Part shown: positions 22,093-34,399 of the stretch, in pieces | Layout: each line of letters starts with the position of its first letter | How positions within the stretch are numbered: position 1 is the first letter of the stretch | Assembly: GCF_001194135.2 (NCBI RefSeq) | Contig: NC_068985.1 | Span: 232,775 to 275,709, forward strand | Origin: Octopus bimaculoides | Taxonomy: Eukaryota | Direction of reading: 5' to 3' | DNA: 42,935 nt | Position numbers and translations under genes: made by a program | The notes under the pieces: model-generated | Database searches by the model: none | Seen by the model: the letters and a program-made list of their open reading frames with translations, nothing else | Told to the model about the DNA's origin: nothing

Positions 22093-23399
22093 ATTCTACA
22101 CAAGCTTTTCAAGCTGGCTAGGCTGGATGGGTTGTTATTGTGCAAGTTAGCTCTTACTTGGTGTTTCTGCACTCTTAGAGAGGTCAAGGTATCATGCCTC
22201 TCCCTTGCATGTTCCAAGTTTCTGCATGGTTTCTTTAGCCAGATGTCTTTCTAAACCTAACCACTTCGCAGTGGGTATAGGGTACAGTTTATTGTTGTAT
22301 CAAGATCAAAGAGATTGTTATGTTCTCCTAAAAATGGAAGGACACTCTATTCGTTCAAGGTGGCATGACCAAAATGGATGGAAGAGATGAAGCGGAGAAA
22401 AAGGTGGGAGAAGAAAAGAGAGAGAGAGAGAGATAGGATATATGTACTGGGGTGTGTGTGTGAGAAAAGCAAGATGGAAGAAAACTGAATAACTGATGTG
22501 TTAGAGTGGTGGATGGGTAATGGGGTAGGGTGAGAAGCTGTGTTGGGGAGCATAATGGATGAAGAGTAGTAATGGAGCCTCATGTTAACTGGAGAGAAAG
22601 AGAGATTGAATGAGCAATGCATGTTACCTACATAGAACACAATATCTATGTCTAGCAGGTGTTACATTAGAGGTGTGTAATTAGAACTTAGAGATGGATA
22701 TTGTAGAAGGAACTAAAGTTATGTGTCAAAAGTAATTAAACAGACTGGAACTAAATTCATTGGAAACTTAAAGGCTATGAATTGTAGATGTGAAGTTAAT
22801 TAGATTCTGTTAAGTCAAGACTAATTCTTATCTGTTTGACGATATAATATGGAAGAACCACTTGTAGTAGAGATGAAGAAAATATTCTGTTGAAATGAGA
22901 AATTAAAACAAACTTTGGTCATTTGGTTGGATTGCACTAACGACAAAACTTTAGTTGCTCTTATGAGAAAATATTAAGGAATGAGATTTGACTGTCATCA
23001 ATGTTGTCATGGTCAGTGTCACTGCTGTGTCATTGTCATCATTGTTTTACTGTCCATTTTTCTATGCTGGCATGGGTCAGATTAGAGTTTGTTGAGGCTG
23101 AGTTTTCTATGATTGGATGAACAGTGAGGCTGTTGTTTACAGCTATTGAATACATGTGAAGATGAGGGAAAATATGAATCCACTCATGCAAACACACTCA
23201 CCCACATATACCAATGAATACATACATATATATGGTGATTGCTGTATCTTCACAGATGATTGCTGTCTCTGAGATTCGTCATTGTTAAAAGCATTTCTGA
23301 CATTCTGTCTTTGACCTCTCAAATAGCTGTTGTGCCCCATTGCAGATCTGCGTAGTTTAAAATATAGGTGACAGACCAAAGTTATAACTTCCACTGGAC

Positions 23400-23985
23400 T
23401 AATCTGACCATTCTGTGAGATATGGTCTCCATAAACTGCCATGTCTCTTCAGGTCCAAAATCAACTGGCAAGCCCTTTCCCACTCCACACGTGTCAAATC
23501 ACCTGCCTAGGAGTAAGGACGCAGCATACAGTTGATCTTTCACTAGACTTCTGATGGTTGGCAAATGCAGTCTTGGAAAAGGATGCATGACCACACATTT
23601 CACACTTCTGACATTTTATGTTCTCACTGACATTCTGATGACAACCCTTCCAAAGTCAGCACTTGAGGTTTTCATGCCCAAAGCAGCCCCTTCTCAAAAG
23701 TTTTATAACCTACCTAAATAAGTTTCTTTCACTCAAATCTTTCCAAAGCTAGTTCTTCCCAGCTGCAGCTGTTTTCCGTTGCCTTTTCAGTAGTCTTTAT
23801 ACGGTTTCTATGATTTGTGCTGAGGACACTTTCCAGAGCACAGCTTACCACAGAAGAGCTGTTGTGGAATTCTATTGTCTCCTCTACACACATCATGGCC
23901 TACCCTCCGTATCTAAGCAGATATGGTGAGTGACTGGATGCTTATGCATCCTGTCTTTGCAAAGACTTTTGTGTTCCGTATTTTA
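23400..23985 (-). mobile_element. RTE (BovB-like subgroup) LINE 3' end, a family distinct from the (GAT)n RTE
   Basis: Minus-strand frame-hopping translation NTKVFAKTGCISIQS...RRVGHD...DNRIPQQLFCGKLCSGKCPQHK...YKD...SWEELALER...CEMCGHASFSKTAFANHQKS matches the RTE C-terminus 'LRWAGHVxRMxDxRIPKQLLYGEL..GKR' plus a terminal CxxC..H finger. Confidence 0.8.
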
Positions 23986-24711
23986 CTTTACTGCATACAT
24001 ACATACATGCATGCATAAGTTATTGAGGTAGAATAGAATTATACAAAAAAATGTAAAACACTACAATAAAAATATTTTATATATTAATTCAAATAACATT
24101 AAGAAAGATAAACATGAACAGAAAAATTATAAAAGAATGTAGGACCCTCTGGTTGACTATTAATAGAAAGTGAGGTAACCAAGGTAACCAGCTCCTCAAA
24201 ATATGAGATGGGATTAGAATTTTAAATTTAACATAAAATCAAAGAATATGAAAGGACACAAAAAGTTCACATGTGTCAAATATCTGATTAGAAATAGTTG
24301 TGATGAGAAAACAACAATATTAACTCAATGACCAACATTATCATAATATTTTGATAAGTACAGGAAAAACAAAAAAATACTCTGGAGATATTTCAGCAGC
24401 CTGAGTCTTCTTCAGTAAAACCTTAGATCTCCAGACATTAGACTTTTGAGGCTCACAATAATAACTCTTAAAATCCTATCCCACAAGTTATCACAGTTCT
24501 CACCAACTCCTAATTATAATTTCAGAAGTTTATTTCACCAAGCAATGATACAATTTTGTCAATATTCTGTTACAATATATCTTACTTGTATTTTCACTTT
24601 TTAACATTTTGAATTAATATTTAGTCAAAAGGATTGCAGCAGGTCACAGAATTGACAGTGCACAAGGTGCCTTGTGGTATTTAGATAGACTCCTTTATAC
24701 TTTTAATTAAC

Positions 24712-24790
24712 TTAGCATTTCATTCTTGTAGGGTTGATAAAATAAGTGCCAATTAAATACTGGGTTGACCCAATCAACCATGCATTCCTC
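24712..24790 (-). mobile_element. SINE family 2 partial copy
   Basis: gggttgataaaataagtgccaattaaatactgggttgacccaatcaac matches the family core. This segment reads in the same direction as the + copies, so the strand is uncertain. Confidence 0.45.
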
Positions 24791-25242
24791 CAAAGGCATT
24801 CCTCCAAAGGCAGTGCACCACTATTATCTTGACAACTCTCTAGAATGAGTGGGTGAATGTGACTGACATCTGTAGAGAAAATATAAGCAAAGAAGGAGTT
24901 CAAAAGAGTTGCCATTCTAAAAAGTCAAGTTTGGGCTGAAATTTTAGTATAGAATTTGATGGAGAATGAGAGAGAAGATAACTAAAATCAGTAGGCCTGA
25001 GTGACCGGGTGGAACACAGTCATACAAGAGGGTACGTGAGAAAGATGAAAGACATGAGTTTGGGAAATTTGTCATTACAGAGTATTTTGAGTAAAACTTT
25101 GCCTGTCAATCAGATGGCCTATCTTTGGAGGTGATCCAAAATAATTGTGTAGCAGCTGCACTGTCTCATATTAGTGGTAGGTCCATGTGTACCCTCTGGG
25201 GGTCAAATTCTCAGATCTGATTTATTTTCTTGTTCTTAACAG

Positions 25243-25347
25243 AAATCTCAGCTGTTTTTGCTGTGTTATACATGTTTGGTGACTGAAAAATTATCAGAGA
25301 TTGTGAGACTAAGCCTGTACACGGAATATTTGTTGTTTATGAGAAGG
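25243..25347 (+). CDS. Candidate 105-nt exon (KSQLFLLCYTCLVTEKLSEIVRLSLYTEYLLFMRR)
   Basis: Acceptor ttattttcttgttcttaacag, donor aagg|gtgagt, length 35 codons, and only frame 0 is open. No homology recognised. Confidence 0.3.
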
Positions 25348-25511
25348 GTGAGTTTAGTGTTGTTATTGCATTTTTTTAATGTTGAACGACATTATCATAA
25401 TAAAGATGTTAACGAGACTAGATAATACAATCATGTTGCCATTGGAAGATGTTTTGATGCATTTGTTCTCAGAAATTATGGATGCCAGTTGGGAATTGTG
25501 TAGATCTTGCA

Positions 25512-25549
<38 letters not shown>

Positions 25550-26605
25550 GTGTATATATATATTATGTCTATCTATATATGGCATGTGTGTCTATATATA
25601 TATATGTATATATATATATATGTATTATGTTTTTATTGTTTAGTAAGAGGAAGCATTACCCATAACATTTTTAAAGCCTCTGAAACTTGTGAAGTCGGGA
25701 TGGGAAAAAAGTTGTCCTCAAATCAAAGACCTGGCTTCAATGTTTGCTGAAGAGTCCCAAAATACCTGGTAGTGATTTTAAATTAGGTGACAGATTAAGT
25801 CTACCACCCAAGTAGGCCAGAGCAGGATTCGATCTCAGAAGGAAATGAGATAAAATAAATACCATGCAACATCTTGTTTGATGTTCTCATAGTTTTCACA
25901 GTCCACTGGTCTGGATTAATACTTTATTTATTTAGTTATCCCATAATGAAGAAAGGCAAAGTGAACTTTGGTAGCATTTGAACTCGGAGCCCAAACAGAA
26001 GGACCAAATATTGGGCACTAATGGTTCTGCCAATTCATAATAAATGATTGAGTACAGAAAACTAAGATGACTTGTGTCATTTGCCCACAGAATCTAAAAA
26101 TAGTATTTTTATATTTTTGTTAAAACTGAAATTCCTTTTCCAACACTGCCACATTCCATTTTTGTCAGGTATTATTAGACTGTTCTGTAAATTTTGGTAT
26201 TTCACCTTGTAATAACATTTCTTTAACTCAGTCACAAAGTTATGAATTAAACTAACCCCATAACTTGGTTAATGCTTATTTCATTGGGCAGCCAAGTTAA
26301 CTATAGCAGGATATGAACTCAACCAGTCAACTCTACTGTGAAGAGTCAGAAACATTCAGCTAGTTTAACTGAATCAAGTAATGTGCTAATCAATGATAAA
26401 CACCTGAACTTCTCAGACAGCTTTTTATTAAATAGTGAAATCAAAGGAATATAAACTTTCGATAATGAGTAAGAATTGAACATAAATCCTTTACTAGAAA
26501 TCGTAGTTGGGATTTAGAATCTTTGAGAAGAAAAAAACTACTGATCATTCGATAACATTGTAGGTAGTATTTCTGCTTCTTCTGGCATTTTCTTTTTCTT
26601 CCTAG

Positions 26606-26695
26606 CTCAAAGCTTAAACTACCAACAAAATGTAATCTTATTTATTCTTACTGATCCCTCTTTTGTTGAGAGAACAGTAAATAGGGTTCAGAAAG
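26606..26695 (+). CDS. Candidate 90-nt exon (QSLNYQQNVILFILTDPSFVERTVNRVQK); the frame stays open to a TAG at 26818-26820
   Basis: Strong acceptor ttttctttttcttcctag, weak donor aaag|gtgaca, and ~71 open codons after the acceptor. Confidence 0.22.
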
Positions 26696-26979
26696 GTGAC
26701 AGGAATGATCCTGACAAACAACAGCTTTTAAATCATCTCTTAAAATCTGACTGTTGCCTCTTCTATAACCAACAGTCATATTATGACTACAATGACATTT
26801 TCTTTGTATTTCCATCGTAGTATATAATATCAACTTCGTTTCAATGTCGTGTCAAATCCAGAAATTGTCTAATAAACTTCCTACCTTATTGTTTCTAAAG
26901 AAAATAGATTGACTGTACGTCAGTGGTGTACTTTGCCACATTATTTGTAGCAGTTCAAGTGGAAAATTAATCCACTTAC

Positions 26980-27015
26980 TTTTTGCTCATACTTTGAGAG
27001 TTCAAGTGATCTACA
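26980..27015 (-). CDS. Candidate 36-nt exon (CRSLELSKYEQK or VDHLNSQSMSK)
   Basis: Minus strand ttttttttttctcttag|tgtagatcac...gagcaaaaa|gtaagt; length is a multiple of 3 and two frames are open. Confidence 0.3.
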
Positions 27016-27345
27016 CTAAGAGAAAAAAAAAAACATACTGAGATGATAACTCAAAGCTGTCTCATTAGAAATGGAAAGAAAAAAATGAAAAGAAAAAGAA
27101 CTCTAATGTTATATTTGTTGATAAATCTATTGAAGTATATTTGTAGAGATATTCAGTTGAATCTGTAGACTGAAAGAACATATTTCATGAAAAAAACAAA
27201 ACATAAATGTTTTTCTTCTGGGAACAATGACAGTTTGATAACTTATAACCACAATGAGATATTTATTTGGAGATTTGAGCAACTCTGATTCTTAAAATAT
27301 CATTTTCCATTTGATACATTCAATTTTTAGTATTACATCTAATTT

Positions 27346-27549
27346 AAGGCAGAATCGTTAGCATGCTGGGAAAAATTCTTTGTGACACATTGTCTATTTT
27401 TACATTCTGAGTTCAAATTCTTTCTAAGGTCAACTTTGCCTTTCATCCTTTTAGGGTCGATAAAATAAGTACCAATTGAGCACCGGGTTTGATGTAATTG
27501 ACTTAATCCCTCTGCTAAAATTGCTGGCCTTGTGCCAAAATTTGAAACT
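27346..27549 (+). mobile_element. SINE family 2 copy
   Basis: ggcagaatcgttagcatg...ctgagttcaaattc...gtcgataaaataagtacc...gccttgtgccaaaatttgaaac. Confidence 0.8.
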
Positions 27550-28078
27550 AACATTACATTTAATTGTGAATGGTTTTGAATAGCAGAAAACAATTTAAGG
27601 ATCATGAAAACAGTTCTGACTAAACTTCAATATAGTTGTTTTTCGTGTTAGCTGTTCTTGCTGCTCTGAAGGTTTAAGACATCTCTCAGAGATTCTAAAA
27701 TATTCTTTATGTAACTTTTTTCCCTATCTAAACAGTATTGAGATCCTACCAATTCATTCTTGTGCTTTGGACAAAAACAAAAACAAAAAAAAACGACCTT
27801 CCACAATGCTAGAAGATTTGAAACTTTAATGCTGACCACATGCATATTTGGGCCTTTTGACTTCAAGTTTTCAACGTCATTTGCAGTTGTTTTCATTAAA
27901 TTCTACTGTTATAATCAAGTCACTGCCAAATGGAAATTCAGATATCAAATCCTTTGGTATTGCTTTAATGATTCTAATGAAGAGGAGAGAGCCAGAACAA
28001 ATTTTGCAAAGCAATACTTGTACTAAATTATTTCTTCTTCTATCATCTGTTACAGCATATATGTGAATCTCTCTCTCT

Positions 28079-28119
<41 letters not shown>

Positions 28120-29462
28120 ATTACGCAATTACACCCATAACACTGTTTTTGCATGAGAAGTGGACTGGACTAGAAATCTTTAGTATACACACAAACACAT
28201 ATTTATATAGTTGTAGCTCACAACAAACCAGGGACATGCCACGTGGGTAGGCAATGTAAGCAGTGCCTACCCTGAATACAATACATTGATGGCAACACTT
28301 TCCACTCGTAGCAAAATATGCACCAAATTTAATAAAATTATGAAGGTTAGTCTGATTACTCTGCATTATATGCAAAATGTTTTATTTTTTTGTAGATTAG
28401 GTAGGCATAATTCATCCCCTGCTTTTCAATCTCAGTATTTAAACTCTGCCTAGAACTGCTGTGGTACATGTGCTGCATACATTTCTACAACAACGTTTTC
28501 TTTACGTTCTATAAAAGTAAATCTGCCTCCAACGCCTGTGCTTCGCTTATTTTTTGTGTGTTTCACTACATAAAGGTCACCAGCTGCCTACCCTGAGTAA
28601 TTACTGATGGTATGGGCCTGCTGCAAACGTTATTATTCATTCATTATTCCTCATTATTCATTTTTATAAATAGTGTTGAAATAATTGAGAAACAAACTTT
28701 AGGAAGATGATAGGTCAATTGATGGCAAAAACATTTCTATCCAAGAAAACCATGAAAGTAAAAAATGACAACATAATACAACGATAAGGAACTGCAAAGT
28801 AATATTTGTAACTGGAATTGAAATTGAGCACAATAGAAAATCCATGAAATATAGGATATATATATCTCAAAAGATATATAAGATTTTCAAATATTTCTTG
28901 CTTCCTTTTCTTTTCTGGACTTGTTTATTGTGACCAGACAACCAGCAACATCATCAAATGACTTGATGACTCTTTAAAGTAAGAATTCAATCACAAACGC
29001 AGTGTTATGTGGTTGAAGACAAAGGTATCTGCAGCAAAAATTGTTCAGTTTTTACTAAATCTTTGCATAATACAAAAATCAATTTTATTTTACTTAATAA
29101 TGAAAGTTGGAAATGATTATCAACTTTACAACAATATGGTCAAAATTCAATTGCAAAGAGAATGAAATTGCCATTGAGACTACAATGAAGTGGGGAATTA
29201 ATTTTTGCAATGTAGAATTACGTATTGTTGCACAGACGTGTGCCAAAGTCTCAGCTACCATTATAGTTGTTATCAGTACTTCTGTAGCAACAACAAAATC
29301 AGAACGAAATAGGTTAAAACTCAGAAATGGCTGTGTATAAAAATCTAATTTATAAGCTTAAAATGTATATTCTGTTTCGATGGCTGGGTTCAGTTATCTT
29401 GGACATATCTTTACTGCTGTATTGGCTTGGCAGTGAGCTAACATTCAATGATCATTTTTCAG

Positions 29463-29486
29463 TCACTCAAATTTGAGCTTGAACAG
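29463..29486 (+). CDS. Candidate 24-nt microexon (SLKFELEQ) with a GC donor
   Basis: atcatttttcag|tcactcaaatttgagcttgaacag|gcaagt; an alternative GT donor lies 4 nt downstream. Confidence 0.18.
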
Positions 29487-29961
29487 GCAAGTAAGGATGT
29501 TTATTTATTTACTTATTCATAAAATAAACATGATGTGAATACATAGTAAAATAAAAAATAACATCGCTATAAAATGAATTAAAAACATTGAAAAAAATGT
29601 TTATTCTTTGTGATTAAAAAAAAAACAAGCTCAGGTTTTATGCATTTTCTTTAAAAAAAATTTATCTAGGTACATTGAATAGCTTTCCTTAACCTTCTCT
29701 TCATTTTGACAGAAATATAGTTAGCACATAACACAGTGACTGTTTGTAATAGTGTTTTGTGCAACCATAAAGAAAGGAAGAATTTCTTCCAGTCAAAGAC
29801 TCTCTTGTGGAACACATAAATTATGTTAATTACCAGGCAGGTATATTTCTCTATTATTTAGAATAAATAGAAGTCACTTCCCCAGATGAAATGAAATGAA
29901 AGTTTGAGAAAGTTTACAGTCTTGGAAATTGTCAGACTCTCGGTGGCACTCTGGCACTCAC

Positions 29962-30030
29962 CACCAGCAGCTGCCTGAATGGCAATTGTGGACATGAGCT
30001 AAACTTGCAAGTGCACACATCTTCATAATG
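29962..30030 (-). CDS. Candidate 69-nt exon (HYEDVCTCKFSSCPQLPFRQLLV or IMKMCALASLAHVHNCHSGSCW)
   Basis: Minus-strand acceptor ttctttccttccattttaatatcactacag, donor ggtg|gtgagt, 23 codons long, locally raised GC. Confidence 0.33.
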
Positions 30031-30935
30031 CTGTAGTGATATTAAAATGGAAGGAAAGAAGTATGTAAATGCTTGAGGTGCAAGAATATAAGAGATGAAG
30101 CTGTTGTATCTGATAGTGAGAAATGAAAGTCTGAAGACAAATGGTGAAAACCATGTAAATGCAATGATTAAAATAATCTCAACGTCAAAACAAAATATAT
30201 CGAAAAATACACTTCTTGTCTCTACTGGTTATTTTGAATAAGTGATGTCCATAATCAATGCACATGAATAAAGCTTTTAATAACTACTACTACTACTACT
30301 ATTGCTGCTGCTGCTGCTGCTAGTACATTTCATACTAAATACTACTACTAATATCTTTTTCATTTAGCAATAAGTAAAGTAACTAAAATTATAAAAAATA
30401 TAACATTTTTTTTCAGTTCAGGTGTTTTTGTAAGAGTTTTATAATGATTGTTAAAACTTTGCAAAGCAACCAATAAAGCTTACATAATTCTTCTATTTTC
30501 AGAAGATGGTGACTATCACAAAACTTATCTGTTAGCGATTCCTTTGCATGGGCTTTCATTACTTGGGTATTTAAAAATAGTTTTGAATGAAAAAAAAAAA
30601 AAAAGAATGAAAAGCACCCCTTGAATATATAAAGAAAGACCCATAAAATTTGCTGATATCGAACTTAGATGTACTTGACATATCATCCGTTAAAACATTC
30701 TTTTTTTTTTCATAAACTATAGACTAAAAATATCTTAAATACTTTCCATTTTGCAACAGAGGCTCAGACAATAGTTATCCACAGATTAATTGGCATAAAT
30801 TGATTAGCCTGAAAAGTCAGCATTATGTTAATTCTTAGTTGATGTAATATTGGCTAATATGTATTTTCTTCAACTGCATACCAAAAAATTACTGTGCACC
30901 AAGTCATTTAGGAAGATATTGAAATTAATGGTCAA

Positions 30936-30974
<39 letters not shown>

Positions 30975-32698
30975 TCCAGTCTACAATATTAGGTGGTTCT
31001 CACACCTGTTGTATGAAAATTTGGAAATAAACATACAAAAGGTACATGACTTGAAATAGCCAAGGAAACAGAGATAAGAACATGACATATCAATTATGAA
31101 AACTGTAAACAAAAGCAAAAGAAATAACCTTCAACTGATCTGACCTTTCAATAGGTGTCCACCTATTTAAAACTTTTCAGATACTCTGCAAACTATAACT
31201 TGATGAAATAACTTGGAAACTTACCTGAAATAGAAAATAAAGTAACATTAGAAGTCAGCTATAAAGAGACATTGGCAAAATGTAATATTTAAGAAACTTT
31301 AACAGCAACAATATCTTCAATAAAAGTTTATTAATATAATAGTTTCTTATACATGATAAAAAAAAAAAGAGTTATTTTTTGTGGGTATAATGGCAAACTC
31401 TATTTTTGTTTTGTCATTTTGGAGATTGCTGAAATAAGAAGCTGGTAAACTATTTCACTTAAAATGACAGTATGAGCTCAGGAAATGCAGCTAATGCTGA
31501 AAGGAGTTTGGGATTTAATTATGTTTGCTGGCCAACATACTAACAAAATAAATATCTTCTAGAGAAATTTTGTGGTTTTGAAAGTTATAAACAATTATAG
31601 TAAGACAAAGGAGAAAAATTATTTTTGTAAATAATATCTGGCCCTTAGAAATGTGTACTAATTTCTTTCTGAAATAAAATAAACATAATTTCATTTTAAA
31701 ACTACAGAGATGGACTTAAATTAATTGAAAAGACGAAAGTTTTAAGTCCATTTAAGGTGTGTATGATTTGTTAACGTCAAAACAAAATATGAATTCAATT
31801 GAAAGACACTCAGAGCATTAATGATCAGATGTAGAAACAGTAAGGAAATTAAAGTTATTAGTTTTCCATTCAAGAGTAATCTGTTTCAAACTCTTCTGGG
31901 ATGTATTTCAAAACTGAAAATACAATCTATCATTTATTACCTCTTAAACTTTTTTATGAATCCTTTTTGTAAGTTTTCATTTTCATTTTTTTCTCCTCAA
32001 AATTTTAATATTCCTATTAAATGAGTTATTACAAAACTTATGTTAAAGAATTCACTCTTCTAACTTCAAATTATATGCATAATGTGAAGTATAGATTTTT
32101 TTCATTGAGATTAAATTTCAGTTTTCAAATTTTTTAGACAGATTTGTTTCAAACTGCATGAGACTGAGTTGTCAATATTCTTATTTCAAAAGCTGCATTT
32201 AATTTCCCTTTTTTTTTTTCCAAGTTGTTTAATTTCCAATAATCCCCAATTGAATAGACTTACAATCAAAGACATACTAGCTATAACCATTCCATCGTTT
32301 TGTTTCAGAAATAGTCTAATCTAAGCAGTGATTTGAGGAAGACCTGACTCTGCTAGTTAACATTTTCACAACCAGCACATGAGCTTGTGCCCTTCAAAGT
32401 TGATGGAGTATCAGTGATAAAGTTGGTCAATTAGAGAACATCAATTCATAAATTTGATCTTGTATTACAAAAAACTGGAAGTTGCAAATAGAAATCTGAA
32501 CTGACTGCAAATTTGTGAAAGTATGATTTTTTTTCAAATAGCTAATAAAATATAATGTACCCCAGAGGTAAAATTGCTCAAATGATGTATATTAACAATA
32601 AGCATTACATTTTTATATGTAAAACCTCAAAGGTTTATATATTTATGGAATGTCTATTGATCTCTACATTTTTTACTTTCACTTCACTGAAAGCTACT

Positions 32699-32781
<83 letters not shown>

Positions 32782-32796
32782 CACGCACACACACAC
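32699..32796. repeat. Long (AC)n microsatellite
   Basis: Direct inspection. Confidence 0.95.
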
Positions 32797-32941
32797 TAAA
32801 AAATTTCTACTCTTGGTTGAAATGATCGTTGAGCAAACATTTATATAAAAATATATGCAACTTTTCACTGGTATATTGTATAGAGTCCAACATATTACAG
32901 TAATTCACTTTCATAGAACCAATTTCGATGAAGTGTATATA

Positions 32942-32976
<35 letters not shown>

Positions 32977-33004
32977 CGCATGTGCGCACGTGCATATATA
33001 TATA

Positions 33005-33150
33005 TCAATCATCATTTAACGCCTGTTTTCCATGCTGATATAGGTTGGATGGTTTGACAGGATCCAGTGAACTGCAGAGCTGCATCAGACCTCAATGTCA
33101 GTTTTGGCATGGTTTCTATGACTCGATGTCCTTCCTAATACTTAAAAACA
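33005..33150 (-). mobile_element. (GAT)n-tailed retroelement tail, diverged
   Basis: atcatcatttaacgcctgttttccatgctgatataggttggatgg...gttttggcatggtttctatg. Confidence 0.7.
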
Positions 33151-33396
33151 CATATAGACTTATTTTGGACATCCACATGATATTTTCTACAAAGTCTGTA
33201 CCAAGCCTTCCTACCCTGAATTTCTTGGAATCCTTAGACTTTCTTCCACTTACAAATTCCTGTGTTTCAAATGAAACAAAGATATTTTGATGCCCGGAAT
33301 ATTTTTACATGAATATAACCTTTCTTTCTGGCGAACATTTTCTCCAGATGGTGACTGTCATCATGTGCTATAATTTGTTCGAGTATTCTTTAGGGC

Positions 33397-33433
<37 letters not shown>

Positions 33434-33477
33434 ATGGCCCATAAGTTTTTTTTTCTACTACACCAATTCTGACAAGG

Positions 33478-34255
33478 TATCATCATCCTCATCGTTTAAC
33501 GTCCGTTGTCCATGCTGGCATGGGCTGGGCGGTTTGGCTGGGCTGGCATGCTGGGAGGTCGTACCAGGATCCAGTCTGATTTGGTATAGTTTTCTATGGC
33601 TGGATGCCCTTCCTAATGCCAACCACTGAGAGTGTAGTGGGTGCTTTTACATGCCACTGGCACAGATGCCATTTGCATGACATCAGGGTGCTTTTACATG
33701 CCACCAGCACAGGTGCCAATTTACATGACACCGGTATCTGTCACGACTGCAGTTTTGCTTGGCTTGATGGGTCTCAAGCACGACATAATGCCAAAGGTCT
33801 TGGTCATTGCCTCTGTGAAGCCCAATGCTCAAAAGAAACTCAGCCACTTCGCCTCCATGAAGCCCAACACTCGAAAGGTGTTCGGTATGTGCCACCAGTA
33901 TGGGTGCACTTAGCTTGATGGATCCTCTCAAGTACAGCGCATCGCCAAAGGTCTTGGTTACTATTCATTGCCTCTGTGAAGCTCAAAGTTCAAAGATCAT
34001 GCTTCACTACCTTGTTCCATGCCTTCCTGTGTCTACCTCTACCGCAGGTTCCCCCCAGAGAGATCGGCACTTATTTACACAATTCTCCTTGTTTATACAC
34101 ATCACATGACCATACCAGCATAGTCATCTCCTCTTGCACACCACAACTGATGCTTCTTATACCCAGCTTTTCTCTCAAGATACTTACACTCTGTCGAACA
34201 TACACACTGACATTGCAAGTTTATAGAATTAATTTCCTGTCATTGAGATCTTTTA
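33478..34255 (-). mobile_element. RTE LINE 3' end (C-terminal ORF2, 3' UTR with internal tandem duplications, tail)
   Basis: Tail catcatcctcatcgtttaacgtccg. The UTR carries two copies of ccaaaggtcttgg..cattgcctctgtgaagc (~33791 and ~33945). 34010-34250 is homologous to 19900-20140. Confidence 0.85.
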
Positions 34256-34399
34256 TTTATGAATAACTCTGACAAAAATAGTTAACAAATAAGGAAACTA
34301 AACTGCTTAGAAGTCACATCTATTGCACTTCCATTTCTGTTAAAGATATATTTTAACAAAACATCTTTTTTACTTATGCATTTTTAAGACTTAGGATAA

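Noticed and set aside
24175-24188. GTAACCAAGGTAAC as a second X-box
   Set aside because: It deviates from the consensus core and is better explained as a short ggtaacca tandem duplication.
25379-25750. 123-aa ORF with an F-box-like start (LPLEDVLMHLFS)
   Set aside because: The resemblance is limited to a few residues and the ORF runs through an (AT)n microsatellite.
31710-31751. 11-bp inverted repeat atggacttaaa/tttaagtccat
   Set aside because: It is short and AT-rich with a 20-nt loop, and is expected by chance.
30181-31790. Exact 18-mer aacgtcaaaacaaaatat at 30181 and 31773 as a possible TSD
   Set aside because: The intervening sequence has no element hallmarks, and an A-rich 18-mer match is plausible by chance in a window this size.
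33640-33990. Short semi-regular repeats (atgccactggcac..., ccaaaggtcttgg...) resembling an array
   Set aside because: They are degenerate tandem duplications in the RTE 3' UTR, also seen at 17440-17510 and 41960-42080. There are no constant repeats with unique spacers and no cas genes.
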